This document shows positions 27,704-35,052 of a DNA stretch of 64,000 nucleotides, in pieces (the stretch's first letter is position 1; each line of letters starts with the position of its first letter). Source of the stretch: Methanobacteriota archaeon. GTDB lineage: Archaea > Thermoplasmatota > Poseidoniia > Poseidoniales > Thalassarchaeaceae. The notes under the pieces are model-generated. The model made no database searches. It worked only from the letters and a program-made list of their open reading frames with translations, and was not told where the DNA came from. The position numbers and the translations under genes are program-made. The stretch lies in NCBI GenBank assembly GCA_016845365.1, contig JAERST010000011.1, positions 1,044 through 65,043 of the forward strand. Direction: 5' to 3'.

Positions 27704-29098
27704 ATGGAAGAAGAAGCGGTTGATGAGACAATTTCACCTCCGGTGCCAGACCCATTTCTAAGCTCGAACTCCGGGCCTGAACACCCCGAAGAATCTGATG
27801 ATGAATCATATTTCGGCGACGCTTTCACTTGGATGATTGGCATCGTTTCGGGGCTCGTTTCACTGTTCGCGATTAGCGTCCTCTTACTCTGGCTCTGGGC
27901 TGGTGCTAACGACATCATACTCGGGGGACCTCCTCCAACGCTCACCGGATGGCAAGAGTCGTATCGTGACCTAACTGGGTTTGACGAGGTCACAGGTTTG
28001 GATGGAAGTGGAGTTCGAGTTTGTATTGTAGACTCGGGCATCGAAATGTCTCATCCCGACTTTCAACACCTGACACTGGTTGGTTGGCTCGACGTAATCG
28101 ATGGTCGGGATGCGCCTTACGACGATGAAGGCCATGGAACAGCGATGGCCGGCATCATCGTCGCACAGGACGGACTTACTGGGAATGCTCCGGGCGTTGA
28201 ACTTCTGGTGGCGAAGGCAATCGATGACCTTGGAAGTGGAAGTGACGAGGGGATTGCGGCAGCGGTAGATTGGTGTGCTGAGCAACAAGCTGACATCATT
28301 TCACTGAGCCTCGGTGGAGAGGGTGGAATCAGTTTTGCTGGAATTACCACCGACCAATTAGAGCAGTCTGTTCAAGATGCAATCGACCAGGGAGTTTTCG
28401 TCGTAGCTGCGGCAGGAAATGACGGCGAAGATGATGATGGAGATGTCTCTTCGCCGGGTTCTGTCGAGGATGTGATTTGCGTAGGCGGCGCAACCCGTCT
28501 GGGCAATGTTTGGCGTGGCAGTTCAGAAGGGGATAACAACGGGCGTTTGTGGCCACCGATGTTGCCTCGTTCCGACCCGGACAAAAAGCCGGAAGTTTTG
28601 GCGCCGGGGGCTGAAGTTCCTGTTCTGATGGCTGGCGGGTCCGGCGATGGTTCTTGGTGGGGTTGGGCTAGTGGAACCTCGGCTGCAACGGCATGGGTTT
28701 CTGGTGGTTTGGCGTTGATTCTTGAGGCGCATCCTGAACTGCAGCGCGAAGGTGCTTCGGGTGGTCCGAATGCGATTAGCATGGTGAAGCAGGAGATTAG
28801 TCAGAATTCACAGATGGATGATGGTCAAAGCGAGCATGATGACCACTACGGCTACGGAATATTTCGCATCGATTTGATGCTCGATGCTTTGGGGAACGAG
28901 TCGGATTCGGCGAGTGGATTTGAGGATGAATCCGACTCGGGCTTTGAGATGGTCGAAGATGTAGCTTATCAGGCGGAACGTAGGAAGACGCCAAGGGTTC
29001 CGCCTGTCAATTCGACGAAGGCTGCGGAGTGCTCTGAATCTACCCTTCGTACGAATTCCATCCAGCGATTGAACGAAGCGACTACCTGCTGGGCTTGA
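27704..29098 (+). CDS. Membrane-anchored subtilisin-like serine protease (peptidase S8)
   Basis: Catalytic triad contexts VCIVDSGI (Asp), HGTAMAGIIV (His) and GTSAATAWVSGG (Ser). An acidic N-terminus is followed by the TM helix IGIVSGLVSLFAISVLLLWLW. The last ~130 nt overlap the convergent gene. Confidence 0.85.
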   Translation: MEEEAVDETISPPVPDPFLSSNSGPEHPEESDDESYFGDAFTWMIGIVSGLVSLFAISVLLLWLWAGANDIILGGPPPTLTGWQESYRDLTGFDEVTGLDGSGVRVCIVDSGIEMSHPDFQHLTLVGWLDVIDGRDAPYDDEGHGTAMAGIIVAQDGLTGNAPGVELLVAKAIDDLGSGSDEGIAAAVDWCAEQQADIISLSLGGEGGISFAGITTDQLEQSVQDAIDQGVFVVAAAGNDGEDDDGDVSSPGSVEDVICVGGATRLGNVWRGSSEGDNNGRLWPPMLPRSDPDKKPEVLAPGAEVPVLMAGGSGDGSWWGWASGTSAATAWVSGGLALILEAHPELQREGASGGPNAISMVKQEISQNSQMDDGQSEHDDHYGYGIFRIDLMLDALGNESDSASGFEDESDSGFEMVEDVAYQAERRKTPRVPPVNSTKAAECSESTLRTNSIQRLNEATTCWA

Positions 29099-29796
29099 GT
29101 CAATTCCTCGCCAGCGGTAGGCTCTCCGACATCACCGGTTGGGACCTGAGGTTCGAGAACCATCACGACCCCACCTGGTGCTAGAAGGTCGAAGGCGTTG
29201 GCAGCGGCTTCAGCCCGCTCTAATTCTGGTAAATCGATGATGACTAGGTCGATGGGCTGAGGCAATGGAGCGGTACGGGCTGCATCAGGCAGTGCCGCTC
29301 CCGCTGCGTTCCACGAAGCGGTTTCAGCAGCGACCTCGTTCCAAGAACGCGTCAATACTTGAGCCCACGAGGTCGCGTCATAACGGCGTAGCAGTCTATC
29401 GATAATCACGCCGAATTTTCCGCCCTCCTCAATGACTCGAAGTGTATCTGGGCGGTGATTTGCTGAGGGGGTATCCGAGGCGGGGTCACCGCACCATAGA
29501 TCCATCATCCAAGCGGTGAGGTGCCCAATGCCCCCACCAACAATGACAACATTACGCGCTGGCAATCTACCGGCAATATCTCGAATCCGCGCGCGGACTG
29601 AACGAGTTAGAGGTCGCAAGTCCATGTGGAGCATCTGCTCCCCGATTGCCGCGGCAATCTCAGGCTCCTCATCGACGCGGCTTTCATCAGCGCTAACCAA
29701 CCTCTCAAACATCTCGCGCTGAGACATCTGTGGCAGACCCAATCCACCCCCGATATCGCTCATGAAGCGCCCTCGGGTGGCCCTCTCTTGAACCAT
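28969..29796 (-). CDS. Rossmann-fold protein, class I SAM-methyltransferase-like (tentative)
   Basis: VVIVGGGIGHLTAWMMD (Gly-rich motif I-like) and IDLVIIDLP...LLAPGGVVMVLEP. The start is chosen at Met41 of the ORF-track protein (29796); 29763 is also possible, and the 29916 start would overlap the divergent gene. Confidence 0.4.
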   Translation of the reverse strand: MVQERATRGRFMSDIGGGLGLPQMSQREMFERLVSADESRVDEEPEIAAAIGEQMLHMDLRPLTRSVRARIRDIAGRLPARNVVIVGGGIGHLTAWMMDLWCGDPASDTPSANHRPDTLRVIEEGGKFGVIIDRLLRRYDATSWAQVLTRSWNEVAAETASWNAAGAALPDAARTAPLPQPIDLVIIDLPELERAEAAANAFDLLAPGGVVMVLEPQVPTGDVGEPTAGEELTQAQQVVASFNRWMEFVRRVDSEHSAAFVELTGGTLGVFLRSA

Positions 29797-29841
29797 CCCT
29801 CGCGCGGATGGCTTCAAGAGGAGCAGTCCTGCCGCCGGGTC

Positions 29842-30537
29842 GTGACCGATAGTCAAGACGAGGAGCAGCCCGTCGATGTCGCGGAGTGCGGCAGCTGCGC
29901 TGACTTCACTGAGCACGAGGTGCTGCGCCGTTCTGCAAAGGGCGCCGGCGAGGACCTTCTAGTCCAATGCAAGGATTGTGGCGGGGTCCAAACTCTACAC
30001 CTTCGGCCGGGTAAAGCGGTTGGAATTACCACCATCCTCTCCGATGGTGCTGAGAGCCATACCGACAAAGTCGAGGCCGACGAGGATGAACTCATAGGGA
30101 TCGGGGAAGTTTTCGAACACGCAGAAATTCTCTATCGTATCACACGACTCGACGACGAAAAGTCTCGCCCACAAAATTCCATGGTCGCTGGTGAAATCTC
30201 AACTATGTGGGCTGTCCGTTGCGATAAGGCGATTGTTCGCTTGACGATGACCGATGGGGAGGAGAGTACGTCGAGAACAATCGAATGCACTCCGGACGAA
30301 ATTTTCTCTTGCGGCTCAATCATGGAAATCGACGGTGTGCGATGGCGCATCCGAGCCTTGCACACCGGTAAAGGAAGAACGCTTCGTGGTAAGCGCGCGG
30401 CTATCGATATTCGTCGCATCTACCTTCACCTCCCATACGCGCGCTCCGGCGGCGACGAGCGTCGCGACTCACGAGGTCCTCGCAGAGATGAGTGGGCCGA
30501 GAGAAATGACCACCGGCACGATGCTCGCCGCCGATGA
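29842..30537 (+). CDS. Archaeal zinc-finger protein (HVO_0476/COG1326-like)
   Basis: CGSC...H...LVQCKDCGGVQTLHL followed by a conserved-looking beta-rich body (ILYRITRLD...WRIRALHTGKGRTLRGKR) and a basic tail. The in-frame GTG at 29842 is taken as the start; the upstream part of the ORF overlaps the divergent gene. Confidence 0.55.
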   Translation: MTDSQDEEQPVDVAECGSCADFTEHEVLRRSAKGAGEDLLVQCKDCGGVQTLHLRPGKAVGITTILSDGAESHTDKVEADEDELIGIGEVFEHAEILYRITRLDDEKSRPQNSMVAGEISTMWAVRCDKAIVRLTMTDGEESTSRTIECTPDEIFSCGSIMEIDGVRWRIRALHTGKGRTLRGKRAAIDIRRIYLHLPYARSGGDERRDSRGPRRDEWAERNDHRHDARRR

Positions 30538-30547
30538 TTCGGAAAAA

Positions 30548-31522
30548 TCAACGTCGATTAGTCCACGGCATGATGATGCTTTTGGCGATATGCCAGGCGA
30601 CATCGGGATTCTCGCGCAGTCGCCTGATACTGTACTCATACCATCGGCTTCCGTAGGGGATGTAAACTCGGGTTCGGTGGCCATCTGAGGCTAATTTTCG
30701 GCGTACGTTTCCTCTGACACCGAGCAACATTTGGAATTCGTAACCCGGGCCTTTCCCCTTGCGTGGACCCCCCGCTTCTGCTCTCGGGTCTGGGATGTTT
30801 GGCCCCATCCCCCTCTGGCTCAGAGCGGACAGAGAATGGTCGATTACCGGCATATCGTGGGATGCAATCGCTGTGTACGAACCGGCATCTAGCAATTGGT
30901 CGATTGCTCGGTTCGTGGCCTCTACAATTTCACGGTAGCCGGTGTGCGCAATCTGCTCTGATTCGAGGTAAATTCCCTTGCAGATGCGCACATCCGAAGC
31001 GCCCGAGAGGGCGCTCGCAAGATTAGCGATATCTGATTCGGTGCGGAATAGTCTGGCCTGAATTACCGTGCCGATATTGGTTAAGCCCAATTTGTGCATC
31101 TCGGTCACCAGATCGATTGTTGGTTGGGTGACTCGGTGGTCTTCCATATCGAGGCGAACGAAAATCTCGTTCTCAGCAGCCTGTCGAGTTATTCGCTCAA
31201 TATTTGCTGTCGCGGCCGCCTCATCGATTAACAATCCAAAAGCGGTCGGTTTGAGGGAAATATTGGCGTCAAAATCCTCTGCGACGATGGCGTCGAGGAC
31301 TCTCGCGTATTCTTCGACGAAGAAGTCGGCTTCTTCCAGACTGGTTATCTCCTCACCGAGAACATCGATTGTGAAACAAGCCCCCTGCGAGCCTAAATCG
31401 CGCATCACTTTGAGCGCGCCATCAAGGTCTTCGCCCGCAACGTAGCGGTTGGCGACCCAGCGGATAACGAAGCGCGGAGTGATTGGCATCGCCATCATGA
31501 TCAGCCTGCCCATGATGCCCAT
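30548..31522 (-). CDS. Proline dehydrogenase (monofunctional PRODH)
   Basis: ISLKPTAFGL, VRLDMEDH, GTVIQARLFRTESD, RICKGIY, ASHD, EFQMLLGV, RVYIPYGSRWYEYSIRRLRENP. Confidence 0.85.
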   Translation of the reverse strand: MGIMGRLIMMAMPITPRFVIRWVANRYVAGEDLDGALKVMRDLGSQGACFTIDVLGEEITSLEEADFFVEEYARVLDAIVAEDFDANISLKPTAFGLLIDEAAATANIERITRQAAENEIFVRLDMEDHRVTQPTIDLVTEMHKLGLTNIGTVIQARLFRTESDIANLASALSGASDVRICKGIYLESEQIAHTGYREIVEATNRAIDQLLDAGSYTAIASHDMPVIDHSLSALSQRGMGPNIPDPRAEAGGPRKGKGPGYEFQMLLGVRGNVRRKLASDGHRTRVYIPYGSRWYEYSIRRLRENPDVAWHIAKSIIMPWTNRR

Positions 31523-31549
31523 GGCGGCCTTCGTGTGACGGGAGCACTT

Positions 31550-32497
31550 TCACGATTGCTCAGGTAGGAAGTCACGACCTCGGCGGACTTCTACACCCAT
31601 TTTGGCGAGTTCTTGGATGATTGCATTCCGCTGCCAACCCTTGAACGATTTGCGGTCGAGATGGGCGAATACATTGCCCCCCGGGTAGGCTTGACGAGTC
31701 TTCTCGACGGCCTCGCGCAAGCTGTGTTTCCATGGTCCTGGTGCGTCATCTTCGCTGGGTTCATCGAAAACGAGAGCGTAATTTGCTAGGAGATGACCGA
31801 AATCTACCCCGCTTCGGATGATAACATCGGTGTGGCGCGGGGCGTAATGTCCTCCGCCTAATCCCAACATCACCTCACCTTGGCCGGTCCATTCGCCGAG
31901 GGGTTGGTCGCCTTCTAGAGCGAGAACTTTGGACAGGACTCGCGCCCAACAATCGGCTGCATCTTTGCGCACCCACTCGGATTCTTTCGAGCCGATCTCG
32001 AGGTATAGCGTGGGTGCGGTCAGAACCGGACCGTGATGAGTCGTCTCGAGTGTAAGGTCGAATTCATCTGCGAGGCCCGACGCGATTGCATCGGTTCTGA
32101 GTTCGCGAAAAAGTGCTGCAAATCGAGGACTTGGTGGCACCGCGACCCCCTTGCGGCCGCCCGCAAATCCTCTCTCACCATGAGGGATTTCTCCCGGTAC
32201 CCCAATTGCGTGCAAGGTTAGAGAGGGTCGTCCGCTCTTTGCCACGTGTCGGGAAAGCACGAGGACTTCGTCGACTGATTCACCGACGGCGGCCGAGTGA
32301 ATTTCGTCGATGCCGTCGGCGTGAATATGCAATTCTTCGATTGAAAGCAAATGGATTGGGCGAGCGATGTGTCGTTGAACCACCCCGTGGTCAAATTCCT
32401 CGGGCTCGCCCCAGCCCTCGAGGCGTCGAACCGCCTCGAGTAAATTCACTGAGGCGCTATCCGCCTCAGACGCCAGCAGCAGGGTGACCATGTCCAA
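31550..32497 (-). CDS. dtdA: D-aminoacyl-tRNA deacylase, archaeal type (DTD2)
   Basis: VLSRHVAKSGRPSLTLHAIGVPG and ETTHHGPVLTAPTLYLEIGSKESEW match the archaeal tRNA_deacylase signature as I remember it. Confidence 0.7.
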   Translation of the reverse strand: MDMVTLLLASEADSASVNLLEAVRRLEGWGEPEEFDHGVVQRHIARPIHLLSIEELHIHADGIDEIHSAAVGESVDEVLVLSRHVAKSGRPSLTLHAIGVPGEIPHGERGFAGGRKGVAVPPSPRFAALFRELRTDAIASGLADEFDLTLETTHHGPVLTAPTLYLEIGSKESEWVRKDAADCWARVLSKVLALEGDQPLGEWTGQGEVMLGLGGGHYAPRHTDVIIRSGVDFGHLLANYALVFDEPSEDDAPGPWKHSLREAVEKTRQAYPGGNVFAHLDRKSFKGWQRNAIIQELAKMGVEVRRGRDFLPEQS

Positions 32498-32593
32498 CGC
32501 TGCTCACCAGCAGACTTCAATTCATCCTCGACCGGAATTTGTCTGACCCCGCCCGAACCACAGATTCAAACACCCTCGCAGAAAGTTCAGCGC

Positions 32594-33490
32594 ATGAGCC
32601 GAATCATCCCCTTCACCCCGACTCGGGTAGATTCGGGAGAATCTGAGCACGTCATCATCGGGACCCTCGGCGAATTGGCTAGAATCGATGACAAGGGTGA
32701 TGCCATTGGAGAGGTGGTCAGCCCTTTTCCTGCCGCCGTCCCCTGCTCAACTCAAATCGACGGCGGCTGGCTCGGAGTTTGGGTCGAGCCAGAGCAACGC
32801 CTCGCCCGCATGGCTCGACTAAGATTCGACTCAGAGTGGCAGAATGGAATCGCCAAAGGCGAATTGCGTTCGCATCGCTCGAGCACCATTCAACCGGCTG
32901 AAGCAGATTGGAGTCGAGCGATGGACGCAGAACCAACTGCGGTTTGCAGAACCGAGACTGGATTCTGCTTCGCCCTCCGCAGTAAGGGCATCTATCATCT
33001 CGATGAGGAGGCAAATGAAATCTGGAGGGCGATGTTGCCCTCGGTTCTCGATGGGCGACGACGAGGCTTGGAAACAGCCCTCTCGATTCACCCGACAGAA
33101 GATATTCTGAGCATTTGGTACGATAATGGACTGGTAGTCGATTTATCGATGAAAGATGGAATCGAAATTGACCGCCGCAGCCTCAAAACTCCGGAACGAA
33201 TCGATGCTATTTTTCACAGCGAAAATGAGCATCTCATCGCGCTCTCCGGCGGCGGTTTCTGCATTCAAGATCACAACGGAGTTCTCGAATCCCACTCAAC
33301 CCACGGGCCGGTGATGGCGGCGAGGTCTGTCGACGGGGCGTGGGAATTCACTGGTTGGAGACACGATGGGCGTCTCTCAGAGGGTAAACTCAGCCTAAGC
33401 GAAAGGCCAGAAATCGGCGTGGGATTCGTCGGTCAGCGTATTCTGACCAACGATGGAACGCTGAGCGATTTCCAATTCACTCGTTCTTGA
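32594..33490 (+). CDS. Hypothetical protein (possibly beta-rich or propeller-like)
   Basis: 298-aa ORF with codon usage like its neighbours and no recognisable motifs. Its 3' end overlaps the rps27ae 3' end by 14 nt. Confidence 0.45.
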   Translation: MSRIIPFTPTRVDSGESEHVIIGTLGELARIDDKGDAIGEVVSPFPAAVPCSTQIDGGWLGVWVEPEQRLARMARLRFDSEWQNGIAKGELRSHRSSTIQPAEADWSRAMDAEPTAVCRTETGFCFALRSKGIYHLDEEANEIWRAMLPSVLDGRRRGLETALSIHPTEDILSIWYDNGLVVDLSMKDGIEIDRRSLKTPERIDAIFHSENEHLIALSGGGFCIQDHNGVLESHSTHGPVMAARSVDGAWEFTGWRHDGRLSEGKLSLSERPEIGVGFVGQRILTNDGTLSDFQFTRS

Positions 33491-33641
33491 TGGTGTGACC
33501 GCACTTTCCGCATGACTTGCGGTCTGCATGGACTCCGAGGAAAACTCCCGGGCCGCAGGTTGGGCAGGTCTCTGCGCGGACGAGGGTGTCGCCTTCGATT
33601 TGGTACTTTGACCACTTTGCGTTTGCGTTTGGGTCTGCCAT
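33477..33641 (-). CDS. rps27ae: Ribosomal protein eS31 (S27ae), 54 aa, absent from the ORF track
   Basis: My translation: [55 protein letters not shown]4 zinc ribbon (CPTC...CGKC). Its ATG shares one nucleotide with the rps24e stop (TGATG). This is the canonical position after rps24e. Confidence 0.85.
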   Translation of the reverse strand: MADPNANAKWSKYQIEGDTLVRAETCPTCGPGVFLGVHADRKSCGKCGHTIKNE

Positions 33642-33943
33642 CACTCATCGCCTCCCTCTGGTGCTGGGTTGAGCTTCGCGTGCCGCTTGTGCACATACTC
33701 TGGCTCCACGGTTGCGGCCTCGGAATCAGCGTAGATTAGCGCGAGGCCGGTCGTCTGCGGACGGCCGTACCGGGTGTTGACATCCTTGACGAATGTGAGT
33801 TCCTTCTTCGAACCTGGTTCCGCCTTGGCTGCAGCGGCGACCATCTCAGCGAGAGTTGGTGTTGCGCCGCTTGAATGCTCCCAGCGGAAGCTGAGTTCGA
33901 CTCGGTTTAACAATGGATTCTCTTTCCTTTCGATTATCTCCAT
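33641..33943 (-). CDS. rps24e: Ribosomal protein eS24 (S24e)
   Basis: [23 protein letters not shown]...[33 protein letters not shown] lies 7 nt upstream of the ATG. Confidence 0.9.
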   Translation of the reverse strand: MEIIERKENPLLNRVELSFRWEHSSGATPTLAEMVAAAAKAEPGSKKELTFVKDVNTRYGRPQTTGLALIYADSEAATVEPEYVHKRHAKLNPAPEGGDE

Positions 33944-33956
33944 ACAGATTCCTCCT

Positions 33957-34175
33957 TCAGCGGATATTCACCTTCAGTGCGTACGACCCTGGCTCGCTGA
34001 CGTTCAATCGCTGCGCAACCTCGGATCGCTTTGGGTGCATGATTACCACATAGCCCGACCAATCAGTTGTGACTGGAGCGGATGGGCAGTGCATGCACTG
34101 GACAGGGTCGTTCTTACTTGGCGGGTCGGGCAAGATGCGGTTGCACTCGCCACAAGCAAAGGGTTTCTTGACCAT
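33957..34175 (-). CDS. spt4: Transcription elongation factor Spt4 (RpoE'')
   Basis: Zinc ribbon ACGECNRI...VQCMHC followed by WSGYVVIMHPKRSEVAQRL. ATG at 34175; an in-frame GTG at 34181 overlaps the rpoE' stop. Confidence 0.8.
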   Translation of the reverse strand: MVKKPFACGECNRILPDPPSKNDPVQCMHCPSAPVTTDWSGYVVIMHPKRSEVAQRLNVSEPGSYALKVNIR

Positions 34176-34177
34176 CT

Positions 34178-34726
34178 TCACTCACCCTTTGCTAGCCAAT
34201 CGTGGGCACCAAGACCCGACATCTTGCAGTTCAATCCGATCTTACTCGAGCGAGGATCGTTCTGGTTAATCGCCTTCGAGACGATGCGAGAGCGGACGAA
34301 GGAACCCTCTTCGATATGCTTGCCAGTCTGGGATCCTTCGATGCGTCGAATTCCCATGTTGACTTGGACCGGCTCATCGAGAATCTGCGACTTGTGGAGC
34401 AGAGCCTCGATTGGGCCGATGCGGACGAAGGCGCCGTACTCGGAGACTTCCGAGACTGCGCCATCGACGACTTCGTTGGCTTCCATTGTAAAGTGAAGAG
34501 CCTTGAATCGGACGCGCTGGTAGATTGCACCATCGCCGTGGATAATCTTCCCGCGTCCGACGGTTTCGTGACCGAAGGTCAGCAGAGTGTAATTCTCATC
34601 CTCATCGAATCGACCCTCGAAAGCGGCGTGAGCCAACTCATCGATGTGGTCCTCGAGCTTTCGATCCTTGCGGATGTACTCCGCAGGAATGCGGATGGTG
34701 TCCTCCATGGTCACGAGACTGTACAT
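34178..34726 (-). CDS. rpoE: RNA polymerase subunit Rpo7 (E') with S1 domain
   Basis: MYSLVTMEDTIRIPAEYI...GKIIHGDGAIYQRVRFKALHF...VDGAVSEVSEYGAFVRIGPIEALLH. ATG at 34726 is preceded by GGAGGAG. The ORF-track start at 34741 is TTG. Confidence 0.9.
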   Translation of the reverse strand: MYSLVTMEDTIRIPAEYIRKDRKLEDHIDELAHAAFEGRFDEDENYTLLTFGHETVGRGKIIHGDGAIYQRVRFKALHFTMEANEVVDGAVSEVSEYGAFVRIGPIEALLHKSQILDEPVQVNMGIRRIEGSQTGKHIEEGSFVRSRIVSKAINQNDPRSSKIGLNCKMSGLGAHDWLAKGE

Positions 34727-35052
34727 TTCCTTCTCCTCCAATCGCCGGACCGCTCCGAGGTCAGTCGGAGGAAAGGCAGGTTAACCCTCCCGTCCCTCAT
34801 CGGCTGTGCCTCCAGAGGAGAGGTCCGTGCGACTCGCCGACCTGCGCCCCTCCTATAAGCGCAACGGATGAGGCTACGCCTCCCCAATCGGTCGCCTGAG
34901 ACACCTTGATTGGTCGGCGCGGGTTGATTTTCACTCTTGAATTTCGGGCGGCGCTGGAGGTCGGCGTTCTGGCAAGTCTGCTCAGACCGTAGGTCTGAAC
35001 GAGAGTATGGCCCGAACGTTCAAGTGGCTCGGAAAGCCGAACTTCGCCTCTG
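34727..35052. other. 326-nt GC-rich non-coding spacer, candidate structured RNA or long leader
   Basis: No credible ORF (only Arg-rich antisense-type ORFs). Many complementary segments: TCAGACC-GTA-GGTCTGA at 34982-34998; CCAATC (34884-34889) / GATTGG (34908-34913); CCTCATC (34795-34801) / GATGAGG (34868-34874); CGCCGGACC (34743-34751) / GGTCGGCG (34959-34966). Strand and identity are unresolved. Confidence 0.3.

Noticed and set aside
26056-29800. Calling an integrated mobile element or genomic island at tRNA-Ser
   Set aside because: The duplicated tRNA 3' ends are only ~135 bp apart. I could find no integrase, transposase or viral gene, and no distal repeat copy, in the window. I report it only as a possible scar.
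34930-34965. 5S rRNA-like string on the minus strand (GCCCGAAAUUCAAGAGUGAAAA)
   Set aside because: It resembles only the CCGAAC...GAAGUGAAA segment. There is no GUACUG/loop E region and no helix I pairing of appropriate ends.
34727-35052. Calling this spacer SRP (7S) RNA or RNase P RNA outright
   Set aside because: The helix-8-like string GGUCAGUCGGAGGAAAGGCAGG is on the plus strand, only ~20 nt from the rpoE' start. A canonical 7S RNA in that orientation would have to overlap rpoE' coding sequence. The flanking helix expected around the GNAR loop does not pair. I find no UGUAA Alu-domain motif on either strand. For RNase P, the CR-I-like GGAGGAAAGGCAGG deviates from GAGGAAAGUCC, and there is no ACAGAA...GGCUUA (CR-V) partner. 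I left it as an unidentified candidate.
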